This document shows, in pieces, positions 47,351 to 57,647 of a DNA stretch of 64,000 bases. The translations under genes were made by a program, and so were the position numbers. Under the pieces are notes generated by a model that worked only from the letters and a program-made list of their open reading frames with translations, was not told the origin of the DNA and searched no databases. Source of the DNA: an uncultured delta proteobacterium (GTDB taxonomy: Bacteria; Myxococcota_A; Polyangia; Polyangiales; B10-G4); the NCBI GenBank assembly GCA_963727445.1, contig CAVSGI010000027.1:160001-224000 (forward strand), in the 5' to 3' direction. The number at the start of each line of letters is the position of its first letter. Position 1 is the stretch's first letter.

Positions 47351-49411
47351 ATGACACCCACTTCCCCCCGCTTTGCCTTGCTCGCGACGCTCCTCCTCGT
47401 CGCGCAGGGTTGTTACCTCTCCCATGGCAGTGATGCCTCGCTGCCGGACGCGGGGGCAGACGGTGGCGAGGACGCGTCACCCGACGCCTCGCCCGACGGC
47501 AGCGCCGATGCGGACGCGGGGTTCGACGCCGTGCCCGACGCCCCCTTCGACGCAGAGCCCGACGTCGAGCCGCCCCTCGAGCCGCCCCCGGTCCCGGGCC
47601 GATGCCGCACCACCCCACCCACCGTGCCTTTCGAGGATCCGGTGATGGAGTATCGATGGCCGAACGGCCCGGTCGTCCACCGCGACAGCGTGCACGTGTG
47701 TTCCACGCCACTGGTGATCGACCTCGATCCCACGGACGAAGAACGGCTCAAGCCGCAGATCGTCTTCGTCTCCTATCCGCCGCTGACCCGCGACGTCACG
47801 GGCGGCTATCTCCGCATCGTCGACCCCCGCACGGACACCACCATCAGCTACCCCGCGATGGAGAGCGAGCACGGCGTGTTCGAGGGCACGGGGAACCTGG
47901 CCGCGGGAGACATCGACGGAGACGGCTACAACGAGATCGTCGGCAACGGTGTCATCTCGGGCACCTACGCGGTGAACCACGACGGAACCCTGCTTTGGGA
48001 ATCCCCATATCCCTCGGCGCGGGACCGCGGGCTCTTCCCCAACATCTCCATCGGTGGCGGGCCGGAGATCGCCGACCTCGAAGGTGACGGCAACGTCGAG
48101 GTGATCATCGGTCACAACGTTCTCGACGGCCTCACGGGTGAGATGCGGTGGGTCGGCCCCGACGATTCGGGCAAGGGGATCAACCAGTTCCTCGGGCCCC
48201 TCGGCTGTGTGGCGGATCTGGACGGCGACGGGATCCAGGAGGTGATCAGCGGCTTCACGGCTTTCCGCGCCAACGGCGACATCTACTGGAGCAACCCCGA
48301 CGCCTACGACGGACAGTGCGCCGTGGCCGATGCCGATCCGACGGTTCCGGGCCCGGAGGTGATCCTCGTGAGCCGCGGCCAGGTGCGCATGTTGAACGGC
48401 CACACCGGCGAGCAGATCTGGCGGCGCGCCCTCGAGGGCCGGAGCGGGCTCGCCATTGGCGGCTCGCCCACCGTCGGCGACTTCGATGGTGACGGCGACG
48501 TGGAGTTCGGCGTGGCCAACGGCGCGGCCTACGGCGTCTACGACCCGAGCTGTCTGTCCTCGCGCACGCCGGGCTGCCTCGACCAGGGTCTTCTGTGGAA
48601 CGACCCGGACACCTCCGACGGCTCTTCCTCGGGCACCGGCTCGAGCGTCTTCGACTTCAACGGCGATGGGGCGGCCGAGGTCGTCTACAACGACGAGTAC
48701 TTCTTCCGGGTCTACGACGGGGCGACCGGAACCGCCCTCTTCCGCCACCGCAACTCGTCGCGAACCCGCTCGGAGAACCCCACCATCGCCGACGTGGACG
48801 ACGATGGTGACGCCGAGATCATCTTCTCGGCCAACGCCGAGGCGCGCTTCCTCCGCACCGAGTACTGGACCGACCCGGGGGTCGAGGTCTGGGGCGATAG
48901 GCGCGGCCGCTGGGTGGGGGCCCGTCGCATCTGGAACCAGCACGCCTACCACATCACCAACGTCGAAGAGGATGGACACATCCCCGCCGGCGAGACCCCG
49001 TCCTGGACGGTGCTCAACGCCTACCGCCAGAACCTCCGCCAGGACGGCGATGTCCTCGCGACCCCGGACCTCTGGGGCGGCCGCGGCGAGTGGATGTGCA
49101 CGGGACGCGGCATGGCCGAGCTCACCTTCACGGTGCAGAACTGGGGCCTGGAGGTGGTGGGCGTCGGCGCTCGGGTGAGCCTCTACCGCGGCCACCCGGC
49201 GCGGGGCGGCACGCTGGTCGCCGAAGCGACGACCACGCGAACCCTCGAGGCCGAAGGCGGCAGCGAGGTCATCACCTTCGACGTGATGGTCTCCTCGGAG
49301 CCTCAGAACTGGTACGCCATCCTGGATCCGCCCGACGACTCGGGCAGCGGCGTCATCGCCGAGTGCCGCGAGGACAACAACGAGGTCCTCTTCTGGCAGG
49401 TCTCCTGCTGA
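47351..49411 (+). CDS. FG-GAP/VCBS-repeat (integrin-alpha-like propeller) lipoprotein, CglD-like
   Basis: Lipobox AQGC; several D-x-D-G-D-G-x-x-E loops; SSGTGSSVFDFNGDGAAEVVYNDE, ENPTIADVDDDGDAE and RRIWNQHAYHITNV; CARDB-like ECREDNN end. Confidence 0.85.
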   Translation: MTPTSPRFALLATLLLVAQGCYLSHGSDASLPDAGADGGEDASPDASPDGSADADAGFDAVPDAPFDAEPDVEPPLEPPPVPGRCRTTPPTVPFEDPVMEYRWPNGPVVHRDSVHVCSTPLVIDLDPTDEERLKPQIVFVSYPPLTRDVTGGYLRIVDPRTDTTISYPAMESEHGVFEGTGNLAAGDIDGDGYNEIVGNGVISGTYAVNHDGTLLWESPYPSARDRGLFPNISIGGGPEIADLEGDGNVEVIIGHNVLDGLTGEMRWVGPDDSGKGINQFLGPLGCVADLDGDGIQEVISGFTAFRANGDIYWSNPDAYDGQCAVADADPTVPGPEVILVSRGQVRMLNGHTGEQIWRRALEGRSGLAIGGSPTVGDFDGDGDVEFGVANGAAYGVYDPSCLSSRTPGCLDQGLLWNDPDTSDGSSSGTGSSVFDFNGDGAAEVVYNDEYFFRVYDGATGTALFRHRNSSRTRSENPTIADVDDDGDAEIIFSANAEARFLRTEYWTDPGVEVWGDRRGRWVGARRIWNQHAYHITNVEEDGHIPAGETPSWTVLNAYRQNLRQDGDVLATPDLWGGRGEWMCTGRGMAELTFTVQNWGLEVVGVGARVSLYRGHPARGGTLVAEATTTRTLEAEGGSEVITFDVMVSSEPQNWYAILDPPDDSGSGVIAECREDNNEVLFWQVSC

Positions 49412-49426
49412 AGTATCCTCCCGTCC

Positions 49427-49762
49427 ATGACCGACGTGGACGAAGAGACCGAAGAGACCGAAGAGAGCGAAGCGAGCGAGGAGAAGGAGAGCGCCAAAGA
49501 GGAGCTCTTCGAGGCCATCGATCACTTCAAGCGCGCGGCAGGGCTCTTCTTCGACAAGGCCTCGAAGGACCCCACCCTGAAGAACGCCACCGACGAGGCC
49601 GAGAAGGTGATCCAGAAGGTCGGTGACGCCGCCGAGCCCCTCGCCCGTCAGCTGGCCGGTGAGCTGTCCAAGATGACCAAGCGCATCTCGGACACGGTCC
49701 AGGAAAACGTGAGCAAGAAGAAGGGCTCACGGCCGCCGAAGGCCGAAGAGCCAGACGACTGA
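49427..49762 (+). CDS. Hypothetical charged helical protein
   Basis: 111-aa ORF with plausible coding composition, directly downstream of the FG-GAP gene. Confidence 0.7.
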   Translation: MTDVDEETEETEESEASEEKESAKEELFEAIDHFKRAAGLFFDKASKDPTLKNATDEAEKVIQKVGDAAEPLARQLAGELSKMTKRISDTVQENVSKKKGSRPPKAEEPDD

Positions 49763-49803
49763 GAGCACATCGACGCGCGTGACGGCCGCGACGAGCGCGC
49801 CGC

Positions 49804-51363
49804 TCAAAGCAGGTCGAGGACTTTTCGGACTGGGTTGCCGGCGCGGAAGAGGAGACGCAGGCCCTTGTGGGCGGCTTTGTAGAGCTTGTCGCTGTACGGG
49901 TACCAGAGGGGCTCGTGGGCGCCCATGGTGACGCGGTCGTAGTTGACGTGGCGGAGCTCGCACATCGAGCGCAGGCCCTCCTCGCCGTGCACGCGACCGA
50001 AGCCGCTGTCCTTCACGCCGCCGAAGGGCGCTTCCGCGGCGGCGTAGGCGAGGAAGACGTCGTTGACCATCACCGTGCCTGCACGGACGCGCTCGGCGAT
50101 GCGGCGGCCCTTGTCGCGGTCCTTGGTGAAGACGTAGCCCATGAGACCGAGGTGGCTGTCGTTGGCCAGCTCGATGGCCTCCTCCTCGCTCTCGAACTTC
50201 ATCATCGGCACGACCGGCCCGAAGGTCTCCTCGCGCATCACCGCCATGTCTTGGGTGCAGCCCGAGAGGAGCGTCGGCTCGAAGAACTGGCCCTCCCCCG
50301 CGGCGCGCTTGCCGCCGGTCTCGAGGGTGGCGCCCTTGTCTACCGCGTCGGCGATCAGGTGCTCGGCGACCTCGAGCTGCTTGGCGAAGATGATGGCGCC
50401 CAGGTCGGTGTCGGCACGCGCCGGATCCCCCTGGCGGAGCTGCTGCACCAGCTCCCGCGTCCGGGCCACGAGTCGATCGTAGACGGCGGCGTGCGCGTAA
50501 ACCCGCTCGACGCTGATACAGATCTGGCCGCTGTTGGCGAAGCCGCCGAAGGTGATCGCGCGGGCGGCGCGTTCGATGTCCGCGTCGTCGCAGACGATCA
50601 GGGCCGCCTTTCCGCCGAGCTCCATGACGCAGGGGATGAGACGCTCGCCGCAGGCGGCCGCGACCTTGCGCCCCGTAGCGACCGCGCCGGTGAAGACGAT
50701 CTTGTCGGGCTGCGCGTCGACCAGCGCGGCCCCCGTGCCTCCCTCGCCCGTGACCACCTGAAAGAGGTCGTCCGGGAGCCCGGCCGCGTCGTAGACCTCC
50801 TTGGCCTTGAGGGCGATCAGCGGTGTGACCTCGCTCGGCTTGAGTACGACGGCGTTGCCGGCGATGAGCGCCGCGAAGACGTCGCCCATCGGAATGACGA
50901 AGGGGAAGTTCCAGGGAGAGATGATCCCGATCACCCCGCGCGGCGCGTAGTGAACGTAGCTCCGCCGATGCTTCAGGAGCGCGAGGTCGATCTCTCGGGG
51001 GGCGAGGATGCGGCTCGCGTTCTTCGCGTAGTAGGTGGCGACGCTCGCAGTGAGCGCCACCTCGTGGAGCAGAGCCTCGACCCGTGGCTTGCCGCACTCG
51101 GCGACGACGAGCTCGATGATGGCGTCTGCGTCATCGACGATCGCGTCTCGGAACTTGAGCACTCGGGCGACGCGCTCTTCGAGCGGCAACAGCGCCCAGG
51201 ACTTCTGCGCTTCTCGCGCACGTTGAACGACCCGCGCGACCTCCTCGGCGCCCATGACCGGGACTTCGCCCAGCGGCTCGCCCGTGGCCGGGGCGTAGCT
51301 GGTGATCGTCGGCGGTTGACCCTTCTTCTTCTGCAGCTGCGGTACGCCCTCTAGCTGACCCAT
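49804..51363 (-). CDS. Aldehyde dehydrogenase family protein
   Basis: ISPWNFP, KPSEVTP, FTGAVATG, MELGGK, NSGQICIS, EETFGP and PFGGVKDSGFGR; GGAGG RBS before the ATG at 51363. Confidence 0.95.
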   Translation of the reverse strand: MGQLEGVPQLQKKKGQPPTITSYAPATGEPLGEVPVMGAEEVARVVQRAREAQKSWALLPLEERVARVLKFRDAIVDDADAIIELVVAECGKPRVEALLHEVALTASVATYYAKNASRILAPREIDLALLKHRRSYVHYAPRGVIGIISPWNFPFVIPMGDVFAALIAGNAVVLKPSEVTPLIALKAKEVYDAAGLPDDLFQVVTGEGGTGAALVDAQPDKIVFTGAVATGRKVAAACGERLIPCVMELGGKAALIVCDDADIERAARAITFGGFANSGQICISVERVYAHAAVYDRLVARTRELVQQLRQGDPARADTDLGAIIFAKQLEVAEHLIADAVDKGATLETGGKRAAGEGQFFEPTLLSGCTQDMAVMREETFGPVVPMMKFESEEEAIELANDSHLGLMGYVFTKDRDKGRRIAERVRAGTVMVNDVFLAYAAAEAPFGGVKDSGFGRVHGEEGLRSMCELRHVNYDRVTMGAHEPLWYPYSDKLYKAAHKGLRLLFRAGNPVRKVLDLL

Positions 51364-51530
51364 CGCTAGCCTCCGTCCCTTCGGGGGGACAAAAGCTAAC
51401 CCCCGGGACGGATGCTGTCGATGCGGCCCTGATGGAGGCGACGTCGGAGCGATGAGTGCACCGGCGAGGCGTGGGGAGGGAGCTCGATCCCCGCCGGTCG
51501 CTCGGCTCGACGTCGCGCGCTCAGGCGCTC

Positions 51531-52086
51531 TTAGAGGACGTAGTCCTTGAGGCGGGTGATGTCGCGAATCGCCTGGAGCTTCGCGAGACCGGCCGTCTCC
51601 ACCTGACGCACGCGCTCGCGGGTCAGGTTCATGATCTCGCCCACCTCTTCGAGGGTGATCCCACCGCGATCGGCGACATCCAGCGCGCAGGTCTCGGTCA
51701 TCTCCCAGACCTCGAGGTCGGGGAAGTTCAACTTGATCGAGCCACGCACCGGATGGACGTCGATGTACAGGTGGTACTTGCAGGAAACGAACGGGCACGG
51801 CCGATCGATGTCCTTGCACTCCATCCGCGTCTTCGGCTTCCAGTAGTCCGTCTCCGGGTAGAGCATCCTGCCGCGGTTCAACTCCGCTTTGCTCAAACGC
51901 CGAATGCTGATGGTGCGCGCCCGCTGCCGGCTTCGACGCTTACGACGCCCCCGCTTCTTCTTGGGGGTCTCTGTCCGTCTCCTCCGACGGCTCGATGGCG
52001 AGCGCCAACGAGCCCTCGGTCTTGGCCTGAGGCTGTTCGGCTTCGTCACGCGCCACCGTGCTCTCTTCCGCCCTCTCTTCGATCAT
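51531..52086 (-). CDS. Sigma70 region-4-like HTH protein with Cys/His motif (probable frameshift near 51975)
   Basis: [18 protein letters not shown]...TCALDVA...[24 protein letters not shown]-bearing ATG at 52086 is in a different frame from the body. Confidence 0.8.
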
Positions 52087-52138
52087 CGCTCCCTCCACAT
52101 CTCTTCTTCTTTTTTCGGTCGGCGTCTCTGCGCGCCGC

Positions 52139-52663
52139 CTAAACCACCGCGCGCTCCATGCGCGCGCGCATCGAAAGCCGTCGTTCCACGGCCTCGAGCT
52201 TCGTCACCAGCTCGTCTGCCAGCGCCCGCGCCTCTTCGAGGCCGCGCTCTGCGAGCTCGTCACCCGAGCGCTCGGTCAGCGCTTCGTCGATCGAGTCGAA
52301 GACCCGGTTCAGCTGCCGTCCCAGGGCCTCGATGTCGCCCCGGACGAAGAGGAACTCCTTCTGGATCTCCTCGATGGTGAATCCCTGGCTCATCAGCCGA
52401 CGCAGGTGGGCGAGCTGGCGTATGGCCGTAGCCGGATACAGCCCCTGCGAGCCCCGATGCTTCCCCTTGCGCCCCACCCGGACACTCCGGGGGAGGAGGC
52501 CGAGCTGGACGTACTTGCGGAAGGTGGCCTCCGTGAGGCGCTCCCCCTTCGCCGTCACTGTCTCGACGATCTGCTGAACGGTCAGACCACGCGGGTTATC
52601 AGCCTCGATCTTCTCCAGCTCGCTCTCACTCCAGAGAGCTTGATTTCGCGTGTGTAGAGTCAT
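52139..52663 (-). CDS. MerR-like HTH transcriptional regulator
   Basis: LTEATFRKYVQLGLLPRSVRVG...GLYP...LRRLMSQGFTIEEI followed by a coiled coil. Confidence 0.82.
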   Translation of the reverse strand: MTLHTRNQALWSESELEKIEADNPRGLTVQQIVETVTAKGERLTEATFRKYVQLGLLPRSVRVGRKGKHRGSQGLYPATAIRQLAHLRRLMSQGFTIEEIQKEFLFVRGDIEALGRQLNRVFDSIDEALTERSGDELAERGLEEARALADELVTKLEAVERRLSMRARMERAVV

Positions 52664-52680
52664 TTCCCGCGTTGGCAATG

Positions 52681-52710
52681 AATGTATTCTATTGAATGGA
52701 AATGGGTCAA
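52681..52710 (-). promoter_or_regulatory. Putative sigma70 promoter TTGACC-N18-TACATT in an AT-rich tract
   Basis: Read directly; the spacer contains the dyad ATTC-AATA-GAAT and repeated CATT motifs. Confidence 0.6.
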
Positions 52711-52851
52711 TAAAATTGTGCACTCTTGGGACACCTTGGAGTGCGTTTTTTCTAATCCATTAGGATTACGCGTCTTTTCGTCGTACCTTCCAACGAGACA
52801 GCGACCCTCAGATGGCGTGAGCCTGCATGATTCTGCTAAGAGGTCCAGAAA

Positions 52852-53136
52852 ATGACGATCGCCTGTCCTCGAATTGGATCGCTTCTCCTCGCGCTCACGC
52901 TCAGCGTGCTGGGATGCAAGGAAACGCCGGGGGAAGGCCAGATCGGCGACCACTGCGACAAGGATGGGGACTGCGCCTCCCTGCTCTGCGTGGGGGGGGT
53001 GGCGGGCGATGACACCGTTTGCACCCAATCCTGCGGCGGCAACGAGGAATGCCCCGAGGACTGGTCCTGCGGCGCGGTGACCCAAGCGGGCGTGGTGGTC
53101 TGCCGCCAGGGAGCGTCGACGCCCTTCGGCCAGTGA
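52852..53136 (+). CDS. Small Cys-rich lipoprotein
   Basis: Lipobox VLGC; GDHC...DCASLLC...CTQSC...CPEDWSC...C. Confidence 0.75.
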   Translation: MTIACPRIGSLLLALTLSVLGCKETPGEGQIGDHCDKDGDCASLLCVGGVAGDDTVCTQSCGGNEECPEDWSCGAVTQAGVVVCRQGASTPFGQ

Positions 53137-53174
53137 GCTCCGGGCCCCGGTAGAGTTGGCGCCCCGTCGGCGGT

Positions 53175-54082
53175 ATGGTCCGCCCGAAAATGGGGAAGCT
53201 CCTCCGCTGGCTCTCCGGCTATCTCTTCGCCGACCCCCGAGCCCTCCGCCGCTTCCGAAAGAATCGCGGCGCCACCTTCGGCCTGGTGCTGGTGGTCCTG
53301 GTGACGAGCGCCGCCGCCTTCGGTCCCCTCCTCGCCCCGCACGACCCCGACGTGCAGCACCTGGAGGAGCTCCTTCACGAAGACGGCCTGCCCTACGGGC
53401 CTGGAGAGAGCCCCGGCCACCTCTTGGGCGCCGACACGATGGGCCGCGACGAGCTCTCGCGCCTGCTCTACGGAGGGGCGGTCTCGATGCAGGTCGCCTT
53501 CTTCGCCACGGGCCTCGCGGTCTTCATCGGTTTGATGGTGGGGCTCAGCGCGGGCTATTTCGGAGGCGCCGTCGACGCCGTGCTGATGCGCCTGGTCGAC
53601 GTCCTGTTGAGCCTGCCCTTCCTCTTGATCGTCATCGCCGTCCAACGCGTGATCGACCGCCCGGACCTCTGGGTCCTCTTCCTGATCCTGGGGGGCTCTC
53701 CTGGACCACCCTCGCCCGCGTCACGCGCGCGAAGACGATGCAGGTGCGCGAGCTCGAGTACGTGCAGGCGGCGCGCGCGCTCGGCATGGGCCACGGACGC
53801 ATCCTCTTTCGGCACGTGCTGCCGAACGTGCTCGGCCCCGCCATCGTGATCGGCACGACCCTCGTCGCCCAGATGATCATCGCCGAGTCGGCGATGAGCT
53901 TCCTCGGCTTCGGCGTGAAGGCGCCCGAAGCGAGCTGGGGCTCCATGCTCCGCGAAGGCCAGGAGTACCTGGGACACGCGCCGCGTCTGGTGCTGTTCTC
54001 GGGCCTTCTGATCATGGCCACGGTCTTCGGCTTCAACCTCCTCGGCGAAGGGCTGCGCGATGCGTTCGATCCGAAGGATTGA
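53175..54082 (+). CDS. Dpp/Opp ABC transporter permease (DppC-like); frameshift near 53697
   Basis: HLLGADTMGRDELSRLLYG, then in another frame ARVTRA...EYVQAARALG...RHVLPNV...SWGSML. Confidence 0.9.
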
Positions 54083-55843
54083 CCGCTTCGGCCCGCTGAT
54101 GGCCGCCGGCCTCGGCGCGGCGGTCGTGCTCGTATGTGGCGCTCTGGCGCCGCCCGAGCCCCAGGCGCCTCGCTATCAGGGCGCTGGCCACGAGGAGCCA
54201 CAGCACGGCGGCACCTTCGTGTTCCACCACGAAACTGCGGTGCGCAGCCTCGACCCTGGCGTCGCCTTCGACGACGTCTCCGGGCTGGCCATCCGCCTCC
54301 TCTTCGACGGGCTGCTCGACTACGACCGACCAGGCGAACTCGTCCCCTCCCTCGCCGACGCCCTTCCCACCCAATCCGACGACGGCAAGGTCTTCACCTT
54401 CCATCTGCGCGAGGGGGTTCGCTTCCACGACGGCAGCATCCTCACCGCCGACGACGTCCGCTGTCACATGGAGCGCATGCTCCACCCCGACACGGGCTCG
54501 CCGGGCTACGTCTTCTACACGCAGATCGAAGGGTTCGACGCGTACCGTGCCGGCGAGGCCAACCACGTCCGCGGCATCCGCGTCCTGGACGAGCGCACCA
54601 TCGAGTTCACGCTGAAGCAGGCGGACCAGACCTTTCTACTCGATGGCGATGACCTTCGCCTACCCGCTGCCGCGGTCGCACTACGAGCACCCGACGGTGG
54701 ACGTCCGCAGCACGCCGGTCGGCACCGGCGCCTTCATCCTCGATCCCGACGACTGGGAGCCGGGGTGCAGGTCGATCTTCGAGCGCAACTCGACGACTAC
54801 TGGAACGCGCCGCTGCCCTACCCCGACCGGATGCTCTACCAGCTCAACCTGGGCCGGGAAGTGGCGGTGATGCGCTTCCGCAACGGCGACCTCGACGCCG
54901 TGCACCGCTTCAGCCCGGCCGACTACATCTTCATCCACAACGCACCCGCGTGGGCAGCCGTATCTGCTCGAGTACCCGAAGAACTCGATGTGGGGCATCG
55001 GGATGAACACGCAGATGGCGCCCTTCGACGACGTGCACGTCCGGCGGGCCGTGGCCTACGCGGTGGACGTACAGGCGTGGCGGCGGCAGCGGAGCAATCG
55101 CCTCTTGCCCACGGGTCAGCCACTGCCGCCCGGTTTCCTCGGCTACGACCCGAACCTGCCCGGTGCCCATCATCACGACCTCGACCAGGCGCGCCGCGAG
55201 ATGGCCGACGCGGGGCATCCCGTCCGCCGCGAAGGGAGCCGCTGGGTGGCCGAGGGTCTCGAAGACGACGAGCTCGAGTTGTGGGTCGGCGAGGGAGACA
55301 CCGGCCGCGCATACGGCGAGATGATCCAGGCCGACCTCGCCAAGATCGGCATCCACATCGCGATCAAGCAGGTCTCGTTCCCCGTCTACCTCGAGGAGAC
55401 CGGCAAACCCAATCGCGTCCGGCTCTTTCTCGCGGGCTGGAACATGGACTTCCCCGACCCGTCGAACTTCCTCGACGTCCTGTTCAACAGCCGCGTCCAT
55501 CGCCGAGGAGAACTCCAGCAACCGTGCCTTCTACTCGAACCCCGAGGTCGACGAGCTCTCGAACGCCGCCAAGATCGAGCCGGACCGCGCGCGGCGCGGC
55601 GAGATGTATCGACACGCGCAGGAGCTGATCGTCGCCGACGCGCCCTGGGCGTTCATGTGCAGCGACCTCTTCCTCGAAGCCTGGCAGCCCTACGTGCGCG
55701 GCTATCGCCCCGACCCGGTGTGGACACTGGACTACCGCGACGTGTGGCTCGACCTCCCCAAGCGCCGCCTGGCCGAGCGCTATGGCGTCTTCCGCCGCCC
55801 GAACGAGCTCGCCGCGCTCTTCCCCTTCGGAGGCGCGCGCTGA
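54060..55843 (+). CDS. Dpp/Opp ABC substrate-binding protein (family 5); several frameshifts
   Basis: SLDP, LFDGLLDYD, FTFHLREGVRFHDG...TADDV, PVGTGAF, APFDDVHVRRAVAYAVD and GWNMDFPDPSNFL motifs. Confidence 0.88.
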
Positions 55844-56837
55844 TGGCTTCCTTCGTCCTCAAGCGCGGGGTCTGGGCGGCCTTCGTGGTGTTGGCCGTCA
55901 TCACCATCGTCTTCATGCTGGTGAGCCAGATCGGCGATCCCTGCGCGGCTCGGCTCGGCGCGAACGCTCGGCCGGAGCAGGTCGAGGCCTGCCACGAGCA
56001 GACGGTTACGACCGACCAGCCATCGTGCAGTACACCGGGTACCTCGGCCTCACCCCCTGCCTTCGCAAGAGCTCACCGGCCTACGACGAGGGACGCGGGT
56101 ACTGCGGCGTGCTCCAAGGAGACCTCGGCGAGTCGATGCGCATGGAGCAGGACGTGGTGGACGTGGTGCTCACGCGCCTCCCTCGCTCGCTCCTCCTCGG
56201 CGGCATGGCCATGGGCTTCGAGGTCTGCATCGGCGTCTTCATCGGCATCCTGGCCGCGAGCCGCCGCAACACCTGGTTCGACACGGGCGTGATGGCGACA
56301 GCCTTCGTGGGCATCAGCGTCCCGACCTTCCTGTCGGGCCTGCTCTTCCTCTACTTCTTCGCCTTTCGTCTCGGTTGGTTCCCGGTCGGCGGCTACGGCG
56401 TGACGACCTGGGATCACGTCTACAGCGCGGTCCTGCCTGCGTTCACCCTGGCGATCATCGGCGCGGCGACCTACGCGCGCATCATGCGCTCGGAGATGGT
56501 CGAGACGATGCAGGCGGATTACATCCGCACCGCGCGCGCCAAGGGCCTTGGCCCGGTGGCGGTGATCCTCAAGCACGGCGTGCGCAACGCGCTCCTGCCC
56601 ATCGTGACGCTGATGGGCCTTCAGCTCGCGATCCTCGTCTCGGGCGCGATCATCACAGAGAGCATCTTCGCCTGGCCCGGCGTGGGACGTCTCGCCATCG
56701 AGTCGATCCACGACCTCGACGTACCGATCATCATGGGCGTGGTGATCATCGTCGCCTTCACCGTCCAGATCGGGAACTTCCTCGCCGACATGGCGGTGGG
56801 CGCGCTCGACCCGCGGGTACGCGTCGACGACAAATGA
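55843..56837 (+). CDS. Dpp/Opp ABC transporter permease (DppB-like); frameshift near 56000
   Basis: TGATG coupling; GDLGES, ARIMRSEMVE...DYIRTARAKGL, ITESIFAWPGVG and ALDPRVR. Confidence 0.9.
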
Positions 56838-57634
56838 ACGAGCCACCCGAGCCGGTACTCGAGGAGGAGGAGGCGGCGGCGGCGGAAGCCCAGGACGCCG
56901 AAGGCGACGGGCGCTTGCCTCCGCTCAGTTGGCATCTGCTGTTCAAGCTGATGCTCTCGCCGATGGCCTTCCTCGCGCCATGCTTCAGCTGCGGGGCCGC
57001 CATCACCTTCGCCCAGTCCTTCGGCCCCATCGGGGCGATGGTCGGTGCCTTCGGGGGGTTCGTTCTGGGCATCGGCGCCATCTTCCTCTGGTACTTCTTG
57101 ATCACCGCCCACCCGGCGCAGCGTCGCGAGGAAGCCTTCGCCGAAGAGGCGATCGAGGACGCCGAGGCCGGCCGGCTGGGCCGGCGTCTCGGTGGGCCCC
57201 GTCCCCCGGCCGCCGAAGTGGCGGCCATCCCCTTGGACGCGCGGCCGGCGCTGGCCGTGGACATCTCCGGTGAGGTCGAGGACGCCGGGCGCCGGGTCGA
57301 CGCTCACGACAGCGCGCTCGAAGCCCTCGCGGCCGCCGAAGCCCTCGTCGCCGACCATCCCCGCGACGCGCGAGCCGTCGCTCTGCTCGCGCGGACGCTG
57401 CTCCGCGCGGGCCGTCCGAAAGAGGGCGCGCGCGTCGCCGCCGACGCGTTCCACGTAGCGGTGCTCAAAGGCCAGATGGATGTCGTTCCCCGCCTGGTTC
57501 AGTCCTTCTGGGAGCAGCGCGAAGAGCTGGCCCTCGACCCGTCGGTCGCGAAAGCCGTGGCCGAGCACCTCGAGGCGAAGGGCCAAGTCGACCGGGCCGC
57601 GTATTTCCGCTCAGGAAGGAGCTCGCTCCTCTGA
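56834..57634 (+). CDS. Hypothetical membrane protein with TPR-like C-terminus
   Basis: ATGA overlap with the upstream permease; two TM helices. Confidence 0.7.
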   Translation: MNEPPEPVLEEEEAAAAEAQDAEGDGRLPPLSWHLLFKLMLSPMAFLAPCFSCGAAITFAQSFGPIGAMVGAFGGFVLGIGAIFLWYFLITAHPAQRREEAFAEEAIEDAEAGRLGRRLGGPRPPAAEVAAIPLDARPALAVDISGEVEDAGRRVDAHDSALEALAAAEALVADHPRDARAVALLARTLLRAGRPKEGARVAADAFHVAVLKGQMDVVPRLVQSFWEQREELALDPSVAKAVAEHLEAKGQVDRAAYFRSGRSSLL

Positions 57635-57647
57635 AGCGGGGATCACA

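Noticed and set aside
53690..53705. Programmed ribosomal frameshifting at broken genes
   Set aside because: No consistent slippery heptamer or stimulatory structure, and the breaks are too numerous and scattered; sequencing error is more parsimonious.
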